From: a virus
Lineage: Duplodnaviria; Heunggongvirae; Uroviricota; Caudoviricetes
Length of the DNA: 44,513 nt
Reading direction: 5' to 3' (one strand)
IMG/VR virus record: IMGVR_UViG_2703718788_000013
Of the stretch, positions 29,693 to 40,640 are shown in pieces. Position numbers and translations under genes: made by a program. Within the stretch, counting starts at the first letter, position 1, and every line of letters begins with the position of its first letter. Below the pieces are notes generated by a model. The model made no database searches. It had not been told where the DNA came from and saw nothing but the letters and a program-made list of their open reading frames with translations.

Positions 29693-32246
29693 ACCGGTAG
29701 GCGATCTGGTCGTTGATTTAAGTCTGGATGCAGCCAGATTTGACGAGCAGATGGCCAGAGTCAGGCGTCATTTTTCCGGTACGGAAAGTGATGCGAAAAA
29801 AACAGCGGCAGTTGTTGAGCAGTCGATGAACCGGCAGGCGCTGGCTGCACAGAAAGCGGGGATTTCCGTCGGGCAGTATAAAGCCGCCATGCGTATGCTG
29901 CCTGCACAGTTCACCGACGTGGCCACACAGCTTGCAGGGGGGCAGAATCCCTGGCTGATTCTGTTGCAACAGGGCGGTCAGGTTAAGGACTCCTTCGGCG
30001 GGATGATCCCCATGTTCAGGGGGCTTGCCGGTGCAGTCACCCTGCCAATGGTCGGGGTCACCTCGCTGGCGGTGGCAACCAGTGCGCTGGCGTATGCCTG
30101 GTATCAGGGTGACTCAACCCTGTCTAATTTCAACAAAACGCTGGTCCTTTCCGGTAATCAGGCGGGACTGACGGCAGATCGTATGCTGGTCCTGTCCAGA
30201 GCCGGGCAGGCGGCAGGGCTGACGTTTAACCAGACCAGCGAGTCACTCAGCGCACTGGTTAAGGCGGGAGTAAGCGGTGAGGCTCAGATTGCATCCATCA
30301 GCCAGAGTGTGGCGCGTTTTTCCTCCGTATCCGGCGTGGAGGTGGACAAGGTCGCTGAAGCCTTCGGGAAGCTGACCACTGACCCGACGTCGGGGCTGAC
30401 GGCGATGGCGCGCCAGTTCCATAACGTGACGGCGGAGCAGATTGCGTATGTTGCTCAGTTGCAGCGTTCCGGCGATGAAGCCGGGGCATTGCAGGCGGCG
30501 AACGAGGCCGCAACGAAAGGGTTTGATGACCAGACCCGCCGCCTGAAAGATAACATGGGCACGCTGGAGACCTGGGCAGACAGGACAGCACGGGCATTTA
30601 AATCCATGTGGGATGCGGTGCTGGATATTGGTCGTCCTGATACCGCGCAGGAGATGCTGATTAAGGCAGAGGCTGCGTTTAAGAAAGCAGACGACATCTG
30701 GAATCTGCGCAAGGATGATTATTTTGTTAACGATGAAGCACGGGCGCGTTACTGGGATGATCGTGAAAAGGCCCGTCTTGCGCTTGAAGCCGCCCGAAAG
30801 AAGGCTGAACAGCAGAGTCAACAGGACAAAAATGCGCAGCAGCAGAGCGATACCGAAGCGTCACGGCTGAAATATACCGAAGAGGCGCAGAAGGCTTACG
30901 AACGTCTGCAGACGCCGCTGGAGAAATATACCGCCCGTCAGGAAGAACTGAACAAGGCACTGAAGGACGGGAAAATCCTGCAGGCAGATTACAACACGCT
31001 GATGGCGGCAGCGAAAAAGGACTATGAAGCGACGCTGAAAAAACCAAAGCAGTCCGGCGTGAAAGTGTCTGCAGGCGATCGCCAGGAAGACAGTGCTCAT
31101 GCTGCCCTGCTGACGCTTCAGGCAGAACTCCGGACGCTGGAGAAGCATGCCGGAGCGAATGAGAAAATCAGCCAGCAGCGCCGGGATTTGTGGAAAGCGG
31201 AGAGTCAGTTCGCGGTACTGGAGGAGGCGGCACAACGTCGCCAGCTGTCCGCACAGGAGAAATCCCTGCTGGTACATAAAGAGGAGACGCTGGAGTACAA
31301 ACGACAACTGGCGGAGTTAGGCGATAAGGTCGAACATCAGAAACGCCTGAATACACTGGCGCAGCAGGCGGATAAATTCGCACAGCAACAAAGGGCAAAA
31401 CGGGCTGCCATTGATGCGAAAAACCGGGGGATGACAGACCGGCAGGCAGCGCGGGAAGCCACTGAACAGCGCCTGAAGGAACAGTATGGCGATAATACGC
31501 TGGCGCTGAATAACGTCCTGTCAGAACAGAAAAAGACCTGGGCGGCTGAAGACCAGCTTAACGGGAGCTGGATGGCTGGCCTGAAGTCCGGCTGGAGCGA
31601 GTGGAAAGAGAGTGCCACGGACAGTATGTCGCAGGTTAAAAGTGCTGCCACGCAGACCTTTGATGGTATTGCGCAGAATATGGCGGCGATGCTGACCGGC
31701 AGTGAGCAGAACTGGCGCAGCTTCACCCGTTCCGTGCTGTCCATGATGACAGAAATTCTGCTTAAGCAGGCAATGGTGGGGATTGTCGGGAGTATCGGCA
31801 GCGCCATTGGCGGAGCTGTTGGTGGCGGCGCATCAGCGTCAGGCGGTACAGCCATTCAGGCTGCTGCGGCGAAATTCCATTTTGCGACCGGAGGTTTTAC
31901 GGGGACCGGCGGCAAATATGAGCCTGCGGGGATTGTCCACCGTGGTGAATTTGTCTTCACGAAGGAGGCAACCAGCCGGATTGGCGTGGGGAATCTCTAC
32001 CGGCTGATGCGCGGCTATGCCACCGGTGGTTATGTCGGTGGCACCGGAAGTCCGGCGCAAATGCGGCGTTCAGAGGGTATCAGGTTTGAGCAGAACAACA
32101 ACGTGGTGATTAACAACGACGGTACGAATGGTCTGCCAGGTCCACAGATGATGAAGGCGGTGTATGACATGGCCCGCAAGGGTGCCCGTGATGAAATCCA
32201 GGCACAGATGCGTGATGGTGGCCTGTTCTCCGGAGGTGGACGATGA
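29685..32246 (+). CDS. H: Tail tape measure protein H
   Basis: 853 aa, lambda gpH-like. Confidence 0.95.
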   Translation: MAEPVGDLVVDLSLDAARFDEQMARVRRHFSGTESDAKKTAAVVEQSMNRQALAAQKAGISVGQYKAAMRMLPAQFTDVATQLAGGQNPWLILLQQGGQVKDSFGGMIPMFRGLAGAVTLPMVGVTSLAVATSALAYAWYQGDSTLSNFNKTLVLSGNQAGLTADRMLVLSRAGQAAGLTFNQTSESLSALVKAGVSGEAQIASISQSVARFSSVSGVEVDKVAEAFGKLTTDPTSGLTAMARQFHNVTAEQIAYVAQLQRSGDEAGALQAANEAATKGFDDQTRRLKDNMGTLETWADRTARAFKSMWDAVLDIGRPDTAQEMLIKAEAAFKKADDIWNLRKDDYFVNDEARARYWDDREKARLALEAARKKAEQQSQQDKNAQQQSDTEASRLKYTEEAQKAYERLQTPLEKYTARQEELNKALKDGKILQADYNTLMAAAKKDYEATLKKPKQSGVKVSAGDRQEDSAHAALLTLQAELRTLEKHAGANEKISQQRRDLWKAESQFAVLEEAAQRRQLSAQEKSLLVHKEETLEYKRQLAELGDKVEHQKRLNTLAQQADKFAQQQRAKRAAIDAKNRGMTDRQAAREATEQRLKEQYGDNTLALNNVLSEQKKTWAAEDQLNGSWMAGLKSGWSEWKESATDSMSQVKSAATQTFDGIAQNMAAMLTGSEQNWRSFTRSVLSMMTEILLKQAMVGIVGSIGSAIGGAVGGGASASGGTAIQAAAAKFHFATGGFTGTGGKYEPAGIVHRGEFVFTKEATSRIGVGNLYRLMRGYATGGYVGGTGSPAQMRRSEGIRFEQNNNVVINNDGTNGLPGPQMMKAVYDMARKGARDEIQAQMRDGGLFSGGGR

Positions 32247-32572
32247 AGACCTTCCGCTGGAAAGTGAAACCCGGTATGGATGTGGCTTCGGCCCCTTCCG
32301 TCAGGAAAGTGCGCTTTGGTGATGGCTATTCCCAGCGAGCGCCTGCCGGGCTGAATTCCAACCTGAAAACGTACAGCGTGACGCTGTCTGTCTCCCGCGA
32401 GGAGGCCACGGCGCTGGAGTCGTTTCTGGCTGAGCACGGGGGCTGGAAAGCCTTTCTGTGGACGCCGCCTTATGAGTGGCGGCAGATAAAGGTGACCTGC
32501 GCAAAATGGTCGTCGCGGGTCAGTATGCTGCGTGTTGAGTTCAGCGCAGAGTTTGAACAGGTGGTGAACTGA
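32243..32572 (+). CDS. M: Minor tail protein M
   Basis: 109 aa, lambda gpM-like. Confidence 0.9.
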   Translation: MKTFRWKVKPGMDVASAPSVRKVRFGDGYSQRAPAGLNSNLKTYSVTLSVSREEATALESFLAEHGGWKAFLWTPPYEWRQIKVTCAKWSSRVSMLRVEFSAEFEQVVN

Positions 32573-33270
32573 TGCAGGATATCCGGCAGGAAACACTGAA
32601 TGAATGCACCCGTGCGGAGCAGTCGGCCAGCGTGGTGCTCTGGGAAATCGACCTGACAGAGGTCGGTGGAGAACGTTATTTTTTCTGCAATGAGCAGAAC
32701 GAAAAAGGTGAGCCGGTCACCTGGCAGGGGCGACAGTATCAGCCGTATCCCATTCAGGGGAGTGGTTTTGAGCTGAATGGCAAAGGCACCAGTACGCGCC
32801 CCACGCTGACGGTTTCTAACCTGTACGGTATGGTCACCGGCATGGTGGAAGATATGCAGAGTCTGGTCGGCGGAACGGTGGTCCGGCGTAAGGTTTACGC
32901 CCGTTTTCTGGATGCGGTGAACTTCGTCAACGGAAACATCGATGCAGACCCGGAGCAGGAGGCGATCAGCCGCTGGCGCATCGAACAGTGCAGCGAACTG
33001 AGCGCGGTGAGTGCGTCTTTTGTACTGTCCACGCCGACGGAAACGGATGGTGCTGTTTTTCCGGGACGTATTATGCTGGCCAACACCTGCACCTGGACCT
33101 ATCGCGGCGATGAGTGCGGTTATAACGGTCCGGCGGTCGCGGATGAATATGACCAGCCAACGTCCGATATCACGAAGGATAAATGCAGCAAATGCCTGAG
33201 CGGTTGTAAGTTCCGCAATAACGTCGGCAACTTTGGCGGCTTCCTTTCCATTAACAAACTTTCGCAGTAA
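32572..33270 (+). CDS. L: Minor tail protein L
   Basis: 232 aa, lambda gpL-like. Confidence 0.95.
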   Translation: MQDIRQETLNECTRAEQSASVVLWEIDLTEVGGERYFFCNEQNEKGEPVTWQGRQYQPYPIQGSGFELNGKGTSTRPTLTVSNLYGMVTGMVEDMQSLVGGTVVRRKVYARFLDAVNFVNGNIDADPEQEAISRWRIEQCSELSAVSASFVLSTPTETDGAVFPGRIMLANTCTWTYRGDECGYNGPAVADEYDQPTSDITKDKCSKCLSGCKFRNNVGNFGGFLSINKLSQ

Positions 33271-33274
33271 TCCC

Positions 33275-34018
33275 ATGACAGAGACAGAATCAGCGATTCT
33301 GGCGCACGCCCGGCGATGTGCGCCAGCGGAGTCGTGCGGCTTCGTGGTAAGCACGCCGGAGGGAGAAAGATATTTTCCCTGCGTGAATATCTCCGGTGAG
33401 CCGGAGGATTATTTCAGGCTGTCGCCGGAGGACTGGCTGCGGGCAGAGATGCAGGGTGAGATTGTGGCGCTGGTCCACAGCCACCCCGGTGGTCTGCCCT
33501 GGCTGAGTGAGGCCGACCGGCGGTTGCAGGTGCAGAGTGATTTGCCGTGGTGGCTGGTCTGCCGGGGGGCGATTCACAAGTTCCGCTGTGTGCCACATCT
33601 CACCGGGCGGCGCTTTGAGCACGGGGTGACAGATTGTTACACGCTGTTCCGGGATGCTTACCATCTGGCGGGGATTGAGATGCCGGATTTTCATCGTGAG
33701 GATGACTGGTGGCGTCACGGTCAGAATCTCTATCTGGATAATCTGGAGGCCACAGGGCTGTATCAGGTGCCGTTGTCATCAGTACAACCGGGTGATGTGC
33801 TGCTGTGCTGTTTTGGTTCATCGGTGCCAAATCATGCCGCTATTTACTGTGGTGACGGCGAGCTGCTGCACCATATTCCTGAACAACTGAGCAAACGAGA
33901 GAGGTATACCGACAAATGGCAGCGACGCACACACTCCCTCTGGCGTCATCGGGCATGGCACGCATCTGCCTTTACGGGGATTTACAACGATTTGGCCGGC
34001 GCATCGACCTTCGTGTGA
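33275..34018 (+). CDS. K: Tail assembly protein K (NlpC/P60-like)
   Basis: ATG at 33275 (MTETESAILAHARRC...), lambda gpK-like. Confidence 0.9.
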   Translation: MTETESAILAHARRCAPAESCGFVVSTPEGERYFPCVNISGEPEDYFRLSPEDWLRAEMQGEIVALVHSHPGGLPWLSEADRRLQVQSDLPWWLVCRGAIHKFRCVPHLTGRRFEHGVTDCYTLFRDAYHLAGIEMPDFHREDDWWRHGQNLYLDNLEATGLYQVPLSSVQPGDVLLCCFGSSVPNHAAIYCGDGELLHHIPEQLSKRERYTDKWQRRTHSLWRHRAWHASAFTGIYNDLAGASTFV

Positions 34019-34587
34019 AAACGGGGGCTGAAGCCATCCGGGCACTGGCCACACAGCTCCCGGCGTTTCGTCAGAAACTGAGCGACGGCTGGTATCAGGT
34101 ACGGATTGCCGGGCAGGATGTCAGCACGTCCGGATTAACGGCGCAGTTACATGAGACTCTGCCTGATGGCGCTGTGATTCATATTGTTCCCAGAGTCGCC
34201 GGGGCCAAGTCAGGTGGTGTATTCCAGATTGTCCTGGGAGCAGCCGCCATTGCCGGATCATTCTTTACCGCCGGAGCCACCCTTGCAGCATGGGGGGCAG
34301 CCATTGGGGCCGGTGGTATGACCGGCATCCTGTTTTCTCTCGGTGCCAGTATGGTGCTTGGCGGTGTGGCCCAGATGCTGGCCCCTAAACCCAGAACTCC
34401 CCGCACACAAACAACGGATAACGGTAAGCAGAACACGTATTTCTCGTCACTGGACAACATGGTTGCCCAGGGCAATGTTCTGCCTGTTCTGTACGGTGAA
34501 ATGCGCGTGGGGTCACGTGTTGTCTCTCAGGAGATCAGCACGGCAGACGAGGGGGACGGTGGTCAGGTTGTGGTGATTGGTCGTTGA
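33916..34587 (+). CDS. I: Tail assembly protein I
   Basis: 223 aa, lambda gpI-like, overlapping the 3' end of K as in lambda. Confidence 0.9.
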   Translation: MAATHTLPLASSGMARICLYGDLQRFGRRIDLRVKTGAEAIRALATQLPAFRQKLSDGWYQVRIAGQDVSTSGLTAQLHETLPDGAVIHIVPRVAGAKSGGVFQIVLGAAAIAGSFFTAGATLAAWGAAIGAGGMTGILFSLGASMVLGGVAQMLAPKPRTPRTQTTDNGKQNTYFSSLDNMVAQGNVLPVLYGEMRVGSRVVSQEISTADEGDGGQVVVIGR

Positions 34588-34647
34588 TGAAAAACGTTTT
34601 ATGTGAAACCGCCTCAGGGCGGTTTTGTCGTTTCTGGAGCGAGAGGA

Positions 34648-37600
34648 ATGGGTAAAGGCAGCAGTAAGGGGCATACCCCGCGCGAAGCGAAGGACAACCT
34701 GAAATCATCCCAGCTGCTGAGCGTGATAGACGCCATCAGTGAAGGGCCGATTGAAGGTCCGGTGGACGGATTAAAAAGTGTGCTGCTGAACAGTACGCCG
34801 GTGCTGGACAGTGAGGGGAATACCAATATCTCCGGTGTCACGGTGGTGTTCCGGGCAGGTGAGCAGGAGCAGACACCGCCGGAGGGATTTGAATCCTCCG
34901 GTTCAGAAACCGTTATCGGTGCAGAATTAAAATATGACAATCCGCTCACCCGGACCATCACGTCGGCAAACATCGACCGTCTGCGCCTGACCTTCGGTGT
35001 GCAGGCACTGGTGGAAACCACTTCAAAGGGGGACCGGAATCCGTCGGAAGTCCGCCTGCTGGTTCAGATACAACGTAACGGTGGCTGGGTGACGGAAAAA
35101 GACATCACCATTAAGGGCAAAACCACCTCACAGTATCTGGCCTCGGTGGTGGTGGATAACCTGCCGCCGCGCCCGTTCAGTATCCGGCTGCGCAGGATGA
35201 CGCCGGACAGCACCACAGACCAGCTGCAGAACAAAACGCTCTGGTCGTCATACACCGAAATTATCGATGTGAAACAGTGCTACCCGAACACGGCACTGGT
35301 CGGCGTACAGGTGGATTCGGAGCAGTTCGGCAGCCAGCAGGTGAGCCGTAATTATCATCTTCGCGGGCGCATTCTGCAGGTGCCGTCGAACTATAACCCG
35401 CAGACGCGGCAATACAGCGGTATCTGGGACGGAACGTTAAAACCGGCATACAGCAACAACATGGCCTGGTGTCTGTGGGATATGCTGACCCACCCGCGCT
35501 ACGGCATGGGGAAACGTCTTGGTGCGGCGGATGTTGATAAATGGGCGTTGTATGCCATCGGTCGGTACTGCGACCAGTCGGTACCGGATGGCTCTGGCGG
35601 CACGGAGCCGCGCATCACCTGTAATGCGTACCTGACCACACAGCGCAAGGCGTGGGATGTGCTCAGTGATTTCTGCTCGGCGATGCGCTGTATGCCGGTA
35701 TGGAACGGGCAGACGCTGACGTTCGTGCAGGACCGGCCATCGGATAAGGTGTGGACCTATAACCGCAGTAATGTGGTGATGCCGGATGATGGCGCGCCGT
35801 TCCGCTACAGCTTCAGCGCCCTGAAGGACCGCCATAATGCCGTTGAGGTGAACTGGATTGACCCGAACAACGGCTGGGAGACGGCGACAGAGCTTGTTGA
35901 AGATACGCAGGCCATTGCCCGTTACGGTCGTAATGTTACGAAGATGGATGCCTTTGGCTGTACCAGTCGGGGGCAGGCACACAGAGCCGGGCTGTGGCTG
36001 ATTAAAACGGAGCTGCTGGAAACGCAGACCGTGGATTTCAGCGTGGGCGCAGAAGGGCTTCGCCATGTACCGGGCGATGTCATTGAAATCTGTGATGATG
36101 ACTATGCCGGTATCAGCACCGGCGGGCGCGTGCTGGCGGTAAACAGCCAGACCCGGACGCTGACGCTCGACCGTGAAATCACGCTGCCATCCTCCGGCAC
36201 CACGCTGATAAGCCTGGTTGACGGAAATGGCAATCCGGTCAGCGTGGAGGTTCAGTCCGTCACTGATGGCGTGAAGGTAAAAGTGAGCCGTGTTCCTGAC
36301 GGCGTTGCCGGATACAGTGTATGGGGGCTGAAGCTGCCGATGCTGCGCCAGCGCCTGTTCCGCTGCGTGAGTATCCGTGAGAACGACGACAGCACGTATG
36401 CCATCACCGCCGTGCAGCATGTACCGGAAAAAGAGGCCATCGTGGATAACGGGGCGCACTTTGACGGCGACCAGAGTGGCACGGTGAATGGTGTCACGCC
36501 GCCAGCGGTGCAGCACCTGACCGCAGAAGTCACCGCAGACAGTGGGGAATATCAGGTGCTGGCGCGCTGGGACACGCCGAAGATGGTGAAGGGCGTGAGC
36601 TTCCTGCTTCGCCTGACCGTGGCAGCGGACGATGGCAGTGAGCGGCTGGTCAGCACGGCCAGGACGACGGAAACCACATACCGCTTCACGCAACTGGCAC
36701 TGGGAAATTACAGGCTGACAGTCCGGGCGGTAAATGCGTGGGGACAGCAGGGCGATCCGGCATCGGTATCGTTCCGGATTGCCGCACCGGCAGCACCGTC
36801 GCGGATTGAGCTGACGCCGGGCTATTTTCAGATAACCGCCACGCCGCATCTTGCGGTTTATGATCCGACGGTACAGTTTGACTTCTGGTTCTCGGAAAAA
36901 CGGATTGCTGATATCAGGCAGGTTGAAACCAGCGCGCGTTATCTTGGTACGGCGCTGTACTGGATAGCCGCCAGTATCAATATCAAACCGGGCCATGATT
37001 ATTATTTTTACGTTCGCAGTGTGAACACCGTTGGCAAATCGGCATTCGTGGAGGCTGTCGGTCAGCCGAGTGATGATGCATCAGGCTATCTGGATTTTTT
37101 CAAAGGCGAGATAGGGAAAACCCATCTGGCTCAGGAGCTGTGGACGCAGATTGATAACGGTCAGCTTGCGCCTGACCTGACTGAAATCAGGACGTCCATA
37201 ACGGATGTCAGCAATGAAATAACACAGACCGTCAATAAGAAACTGGAAGACCAGAGTGCAGCGATCCAGCAGATACAGAAGGTTCAGGTTGATACAAATA
37301 ATAACCTGAACAGCATGTGGGCAGTGAAGCTGCAGCAGATGCAGGATGGACGCCTTTATATTGCGGGTATCGGTGCCGGTATTGAGAACACCCCCGACGG
37401 CATGCAGAGTCAGGTGCTGCTGGCGGCAGACAGGATTGCGATGATTAATCCTGCGAATGGCAACACAAAGCCGATGTTTGTTGGTCAGGGCGATCAGATA
37501 TTCATGAACGACGTGTTCCTGAAGCGTCTGACGGCCCCGACCATCACCAGCGGCGGCAATCCTCCGGCATTTTCCCTGACACCGGACGGGCGCCTGACGG

Positions 37601-38145
37601 CGAAAAACGCTGATATCAGCGGTAACGTGAATGCGAACTCAGGAACGCTCAACAATGTCACGATAAGTGAGAACTGTACGATTAAGGGCATGCTGGAGGC
37701 GACCCAGGTCAGAGGGGATTTCGTTAAAGCTGTATCAAAAGCCTTCCCGAAAAAAGTCGGTACGTGGGGTAACACGGAAACACCAGACGGTACGGTTACA
37801 GTCACCATCAGCGATGATCATAACTTTGACCGTCAAATCATTATTCCGCCCATTATTTTTAACGGTATAGCGTATACCGATCCGGGGAGCGGAAATAACC
37901 CCGGAGGCACGCGATACACGGGTTATGGTTTTGAAGTTCGCAAAAACGGCGTATTAATCGCATCCAGAGAAACTAAAGGGGCCATTCCCGGTAGTTACAG
38001 TGCGGTTATTGATATGCCGGGTGGCAGGGGAAGCGTCACTCTGGAGTTTAAGATTTACCAGAAAGGCAATCAGGGGGCAGGCAATATCACCGACTGTACG
38101 GTGATTGTGACCAAAAAAGCGGCTTCCGGCATCAGTATCCGTTGA
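34648..38145 (+). CDS. J: Central tail fiber / host specificity protein J
   Basis: 1165 aa from ATG 34648 ([20 protein letters not shown]...); lambda gpJ-like for about 950 aa, then a C-terminal region that does not resemble lambda J. Confidence 0.95.
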   Translation: MGKGSSKGHTPREAKDNLKSSQLLSVIDAISEGPIEGPVDGLKSVLLNSTPVLDSEGNTNISGVTVVFRAGEQEQTPPEGFESSGSETVIGAELKYDNPLTRTITSANIDRLRLTFGVQALVETTSKGDRNPSEVRLLVQIQRNGGWVTEKDITIKGKTTSQYLASVVVDNLPPRPFSIRLRRMTPDSTTDQLQNKTLWSSYTEIIDVKQCYPNTALVGVQVDSEQFGSQQVSRNYHLRGRILQVPSNYNPQTRQYSGIWDGTLKPAYSNNMAWCLWDMLTHPRYGMGKRLGAADVDKWALYAIGRYCDQSVPDGSGGTEPRITCNAYLTTQRKAWDVLSDFCSAMRCMPVWNGQTLTFVQDRPSDKVWTYNRSNVVMPDDGAPFRYSFSALKDRHNAVEVNWIDPNNGWETATELVEDTQAIARYGRNVTKMDAFGCTSRGQAHRAGLWLIKTELLETQTVDFSVGAEGLRHVPGDVIEICDDDYAGISTGGRVLAVNSQTRTLTLDREITLPSSGTTLISLVDGNGNPVSVEVQSVTDGVKVKVSRVPDGVAGYSVWGLKLPMLRQRLFRCVSIRENDDSTYAITAVQHVPEKEAIVDNGAHFDGDQSGTVNGVTPPAVQHLTAEVTADSGEYQVLARWDTPKMVKGVSFLLRLTVAADDGSERLVSTARTTETTYRFTQLALGNYRLTVRAVNAWGQQGDPASVSFRIAAPAAPSRIELTPGYFQITATPHLAVYDPTVQFDFWFSEKRIADIRQVETSARYLGTALYWIAASINIKPGHDYYFYVRSVNTVGKSAFVEAVGQPSDDASGYLDFFKGEIGKTHLAQELWTQIDNGQLAPDLTEIRTSITDVSNEITQTVNKKLEDQSAAIQQIQKVQVDTNNNLNSMWAVKLQQMQDGRLYIAGIGAGIENTPDGMQSQVLLAADRIAMINPANGNTKPMFVGQGDQIFMNDVFLKRLTAPTITSGGNPPAFSLTPDGRLTAKNADISGNVNANSGTLNNVTISENCTIKGMLEATQVRGDFVKAVSKAFPKKVGTWGNTETPDGTVTVTISDDHNFDRQIIIPPIIFNGIAYTDPGSGNNPGGTRYTGYGFEVRKNGVLIASRETKGAIPGSYSAVIDMPGGRGSVTLEFKIYQKGNQGAGNITDCTVIVTKKAASGISIR

Positions 38146-38166
38146 AATATTTATAACCCGATAACG

Positions 38167-38190
38167 GGCGCCAGAAATGGCGCCTTTTTT
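38167..38190 (+). terminator. Intrinsic terminator after J
   Basis: GGCGCC AGAAAT GGCGCC followed by TTTTTT. Confidence 0.7.
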
Positions 38191-38205
38191 ATTTGTGGAG
38201 TGAGT

Positions 38206-39519
38206 ATGGCAGTACAGATTTCAGGTGTACTGAAAGATGGTGCAGGTAAGCCGATACAAAACTGCACCATTCAGCTAAAGGCCAGACGTAACAGCACCAC
38301 GGTGGTGGTGAACACGGTGGCTTCAGAAAACCCGGATGAAGCCGGGCGTTACACAATGGACGTTGAGTACGGTCAGTACAGCGTCATTCTGTTGGTGGAG
38401 GGATTTCCGCCGTCACATGCCGGGACCATCACCGTGTATGAAGATTCTCAGCCGGGTACGCTGAATGATTTTCTCGGTGCCATGACGGAGGAGGATGTCC
38501 GACCGGAGGCACTGCGCCGTTTTGAACAGATGGTGGAGGAGGCAGCGCGTCACGCTGAGGAGGCGAAGAAGAATGCCGGAGAGGCAGAGACGTCAGCGAG
38601 GAATGCGGGTATATCAGCCGGCCAGGCGGAAAAGAGTGCAGTAAATGCTGAGACTTCAGCAGGGGATGCATCGGAGTCAGCCCGGCAGGCGACGGAAAGT
38701 GCAGCCTCAGCAAAGCAGTCAGAGGATGCGTCCTCGTCCTCGGCTTCTGCGGCCGCTCAAAAAGCCAGTGAGTCATCACAAAGTGCAGCAGAAGCTGAAT
38801 TGTCAAGAAAGACGGCAGAAAGTGCAGCCGGTAATGCATCCAGGGATGCAACGACCGCAGCAGAAAAAGCCCGGGAGTCAGCAGAAAGCGCACAGTCAGC
38901 GGAACAAAGCAGGATAGCGGCGGAAGAGGCCGTAAACCGAATCCCCACCGTGGTGGGACCTCCCGGGCCAAAGGGGGAACAGGGGCCCGCTGGCCCTCAG
39001 GGGCCGAAGGGTGATAAGGGAGAGCGTGGTGACACCGGCCCTGTCGGGGCAACCGGCGAACGGGGACCGAGAGGAGATACAGGTCCGGCAGGCCCGCAGG
39101 GGCCGAAAGGCGACAGGGGGGAACGGGGAGAGACCGGTCTGACGGGAAGTACAGGTCCACAGGGGCCAAAGGGAGATACCGGTGCAGCAGGCCCGGCAGG
39201 CCCACAGGGACCGAAAGGAGAAACAGGAGCGGCAGGTCCGGTGGGGGCTACCGGACCTCAGGGGCCGAAGGGAGACCCGGGCGAGACACAAATCCGTTTT
39301 CGTCTGGGGCCGATGAGCATTATTGAGACAAACAGCTATGGCTGGTTCCCGGATACAGATGGTGCGCTCATCACCGGACTGACCTTTCTTGACCCCAAAG
39401 ATGCCACACAGGTTCAGGGGATGTTTCAGCATTTGCAGGTCAGATTTGGTGACGGGCCGTGGCAGGATGTTAAGGGGCTGGATGAAGTGGGCAGTGATAC
39501 AGGCAGAACAGGAGAATGA
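38206..39519 (+). CDS. stf: Side tail fiber protein (lambda Stf-like N-terminus, collagen-like Gly-X-Y repeats)
   Basis: 437 aa; N-terminal about 90 aa resemble lambda Stf ([26 protein letters not shown]...); long GPxGxxG repeat tract between residues about 245 and 350. Confidence 0.85.
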   Translation: MAVQISGVLKDGAGKPIQNCTIQLKARRNSTTVVVNTVASENPDEAGRYTMDVEYGQYSVILLVEGFPPSHAGTITVYEDSQPGTLNDFLGAMTEEDVRPEALRRFEQMVEEAARHAEEAKKNAGEAETSARNAGISAGQAEKSAVNAETSAGDASESARQATESAASAKQSEDASSSSASAAAQKASESSQSAAEAELSRKTAESAAGNASRDATTAAEKARESAESAQSAEQSRIAAEEAVNRIPTVVGPPGPKGEQGPAGPQGPKGDKGERGDTGPVGATGERGPRGDTGPAGPQGPKGDRGERGETGLTGSTGPQGPKGDTGAAGPAGPQGPKGETGAAGPVGATGPQGPKGDPGETQIRFRLGPMSIIETNSYGWFPDTDGALITGLTFLDPKDATQVQGMFQHLQVRFGDGPWQDVKGLDEVGSDTGRTGE

Positions 39520-39520
39520 C

Positions 39521-39790
39521 ATGAACATACTAAAAAAACTTATGCAGCGTCTGTGCGGTTGCGGAAAGCATGATGGCCGTGAACACGGGCAGTCACTTAC
39601 AGCACAACTGCGACTGGGGCCGGCAGACATCCTGGAGTCAGATGAGAATGGTATTATCCCGGAGCAGGCCATGGTAATCACTCAGGTGGTGATACTGGAT
39701 GCGGATAAAAAGCAGATACAGTGCGTGGTAAGACCGCTGCAAATTCTGCGTGCTGACGGGACGTGGGAAAATATTGGCGGGATGAAGTAA
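39521..39790 (+). CDS. Hypothetical 89-aa protein downstream of stf (tail fiber assembly position)
   Basis: ATG at 39521, two bases after stf stop; ORF-track 39389..39790 in frame. Confidence 0.5.
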   Translation: MNILKKLMQRLCGCGKHDGREHGQSLTAQLRLGPADILESDENGIIPEQAMVITQVVILDADKKQIQCVVRPLQILRADGTWENIGGMK

Positions 39791-39806
39791 CCCGACAGTT
39801 TCACAA

Positions 39807-39830
39807 AACCGGAGTCCGGCTCCGGTTTTT
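39807..39830 (+). terminator. Intrinsic terminator at end of tail module
   Basis: ACCGGAG TCCGG CTCCGGT followed by TTTTT. Confidence 0.7.
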
Positions 39831-39999
39831 GTGTTGCAATGTCCGGGGGATATTTGTTAAGTAGATGACAGAGGAGCTAATTTAACAGGGAGATAAATTA
39901 ATGCCGATAAATCTGACATCTTATTTGGGGTTACAGGGGGCGAAAGTTGTCCCGGCAGTTGTTTTTTCTAAAATTTAGTCTTGTTGGGGAAAATGACAT

Positions 40000-40590
40000 A
40001 TGCCATTGATAACATCCAGCCTTTCATCAAATGTTGCTTTGCAGAGTATTGAAATATTACGTGAAGCTGCCAGACAAAACCTGATTACGAAAGCTATTAC
40101 TATAAATGGGCAGAAAGTTGGTATTCATTATTATCACCGCCCTGACGTTTTTCTAGTTTCTGGTTGTAAGGATGGGATGTTAAAAACATTATTAGAGTTA
40201 GGGTTAAATGGTAGCAATGAGTCAGCCAAAAGGCTTCGTTCATGGCAAATTTCCTCTGTAATTGATACTCATCTGAGTTTTTTACCATTAGGTATATGCT
40301 ATAAAATACTTTCAAGTTCTTTTCCTGTACATTCGGAAGAGGTTTTTTTTCCAGAAGAACATCTCAAGTGTCCAATAATATTAGATGCTCCAGATAATGG
40401 TGTTTTTATAAAGAACTCTGTAAGTGCAAAAGTTTGTAACCTATATGATAAAAATGCAATGTTAAAGTTAGTTATATCTGGTTCTCCACATCCATTAAGT
40501 AGAGAGCCAATAACAGAATCAATGATTATGAGAAAAGATGAATGTTATTTTGATCCCAAAACAGAGTCTTTTGTTGTAAATGATGTTTAA
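40000..40590 (+). CDS. nleG: NleG-like type III effector (U-box E3 ubiquitin ligase family)
   Basis: 196 aa in AT-rich DNA; C-terminal region HLKCPIILDAPDNGVFIKNSVSAKVCNLYD...SPHPLSREPIT resembles NleG U-box domain as remembered. Confidence 0.6.
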   Translation: MPLITSSLSSNVALQSIEILREAARQNLITKAITINGQKVGIHYYHRPDVFLVSGCKDGMLKTLLELGLNGSNESAKRLRSWQISSVIDTHLSFLPLGICYKILSSSFPVHSEEVFFPEEHLKCPIILDAPDNGVFIKNSVSAKVCNLYDKNAMLKLVISGSPHPLSREPITESMIMRKDECYFDPKTESFVVNDV

Positions 40591-40640
40591 TTTTTTTATT
40601 GGTGTTACTTTTAGTGGACTAAGTTGAAGGAGTGCGATAA

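Noticed and set aside
32470-33354. 294-aa minus-strand ORF
   Set aside because: Antisense across M/L/K tail genes
35437-36996. 519-aa ORF on the minus strand
   Set aside because: Lies entirely antisense within the J tail fiber gene, which has strong homology support; long antisense ORFs are expected in GC-rich coding DNA
38429-39205. 258-aa minus-strand proline-rich ORF
   Set aside because: Antisense reading of the collagen-like repeat tract in stf; low-complexity artefact
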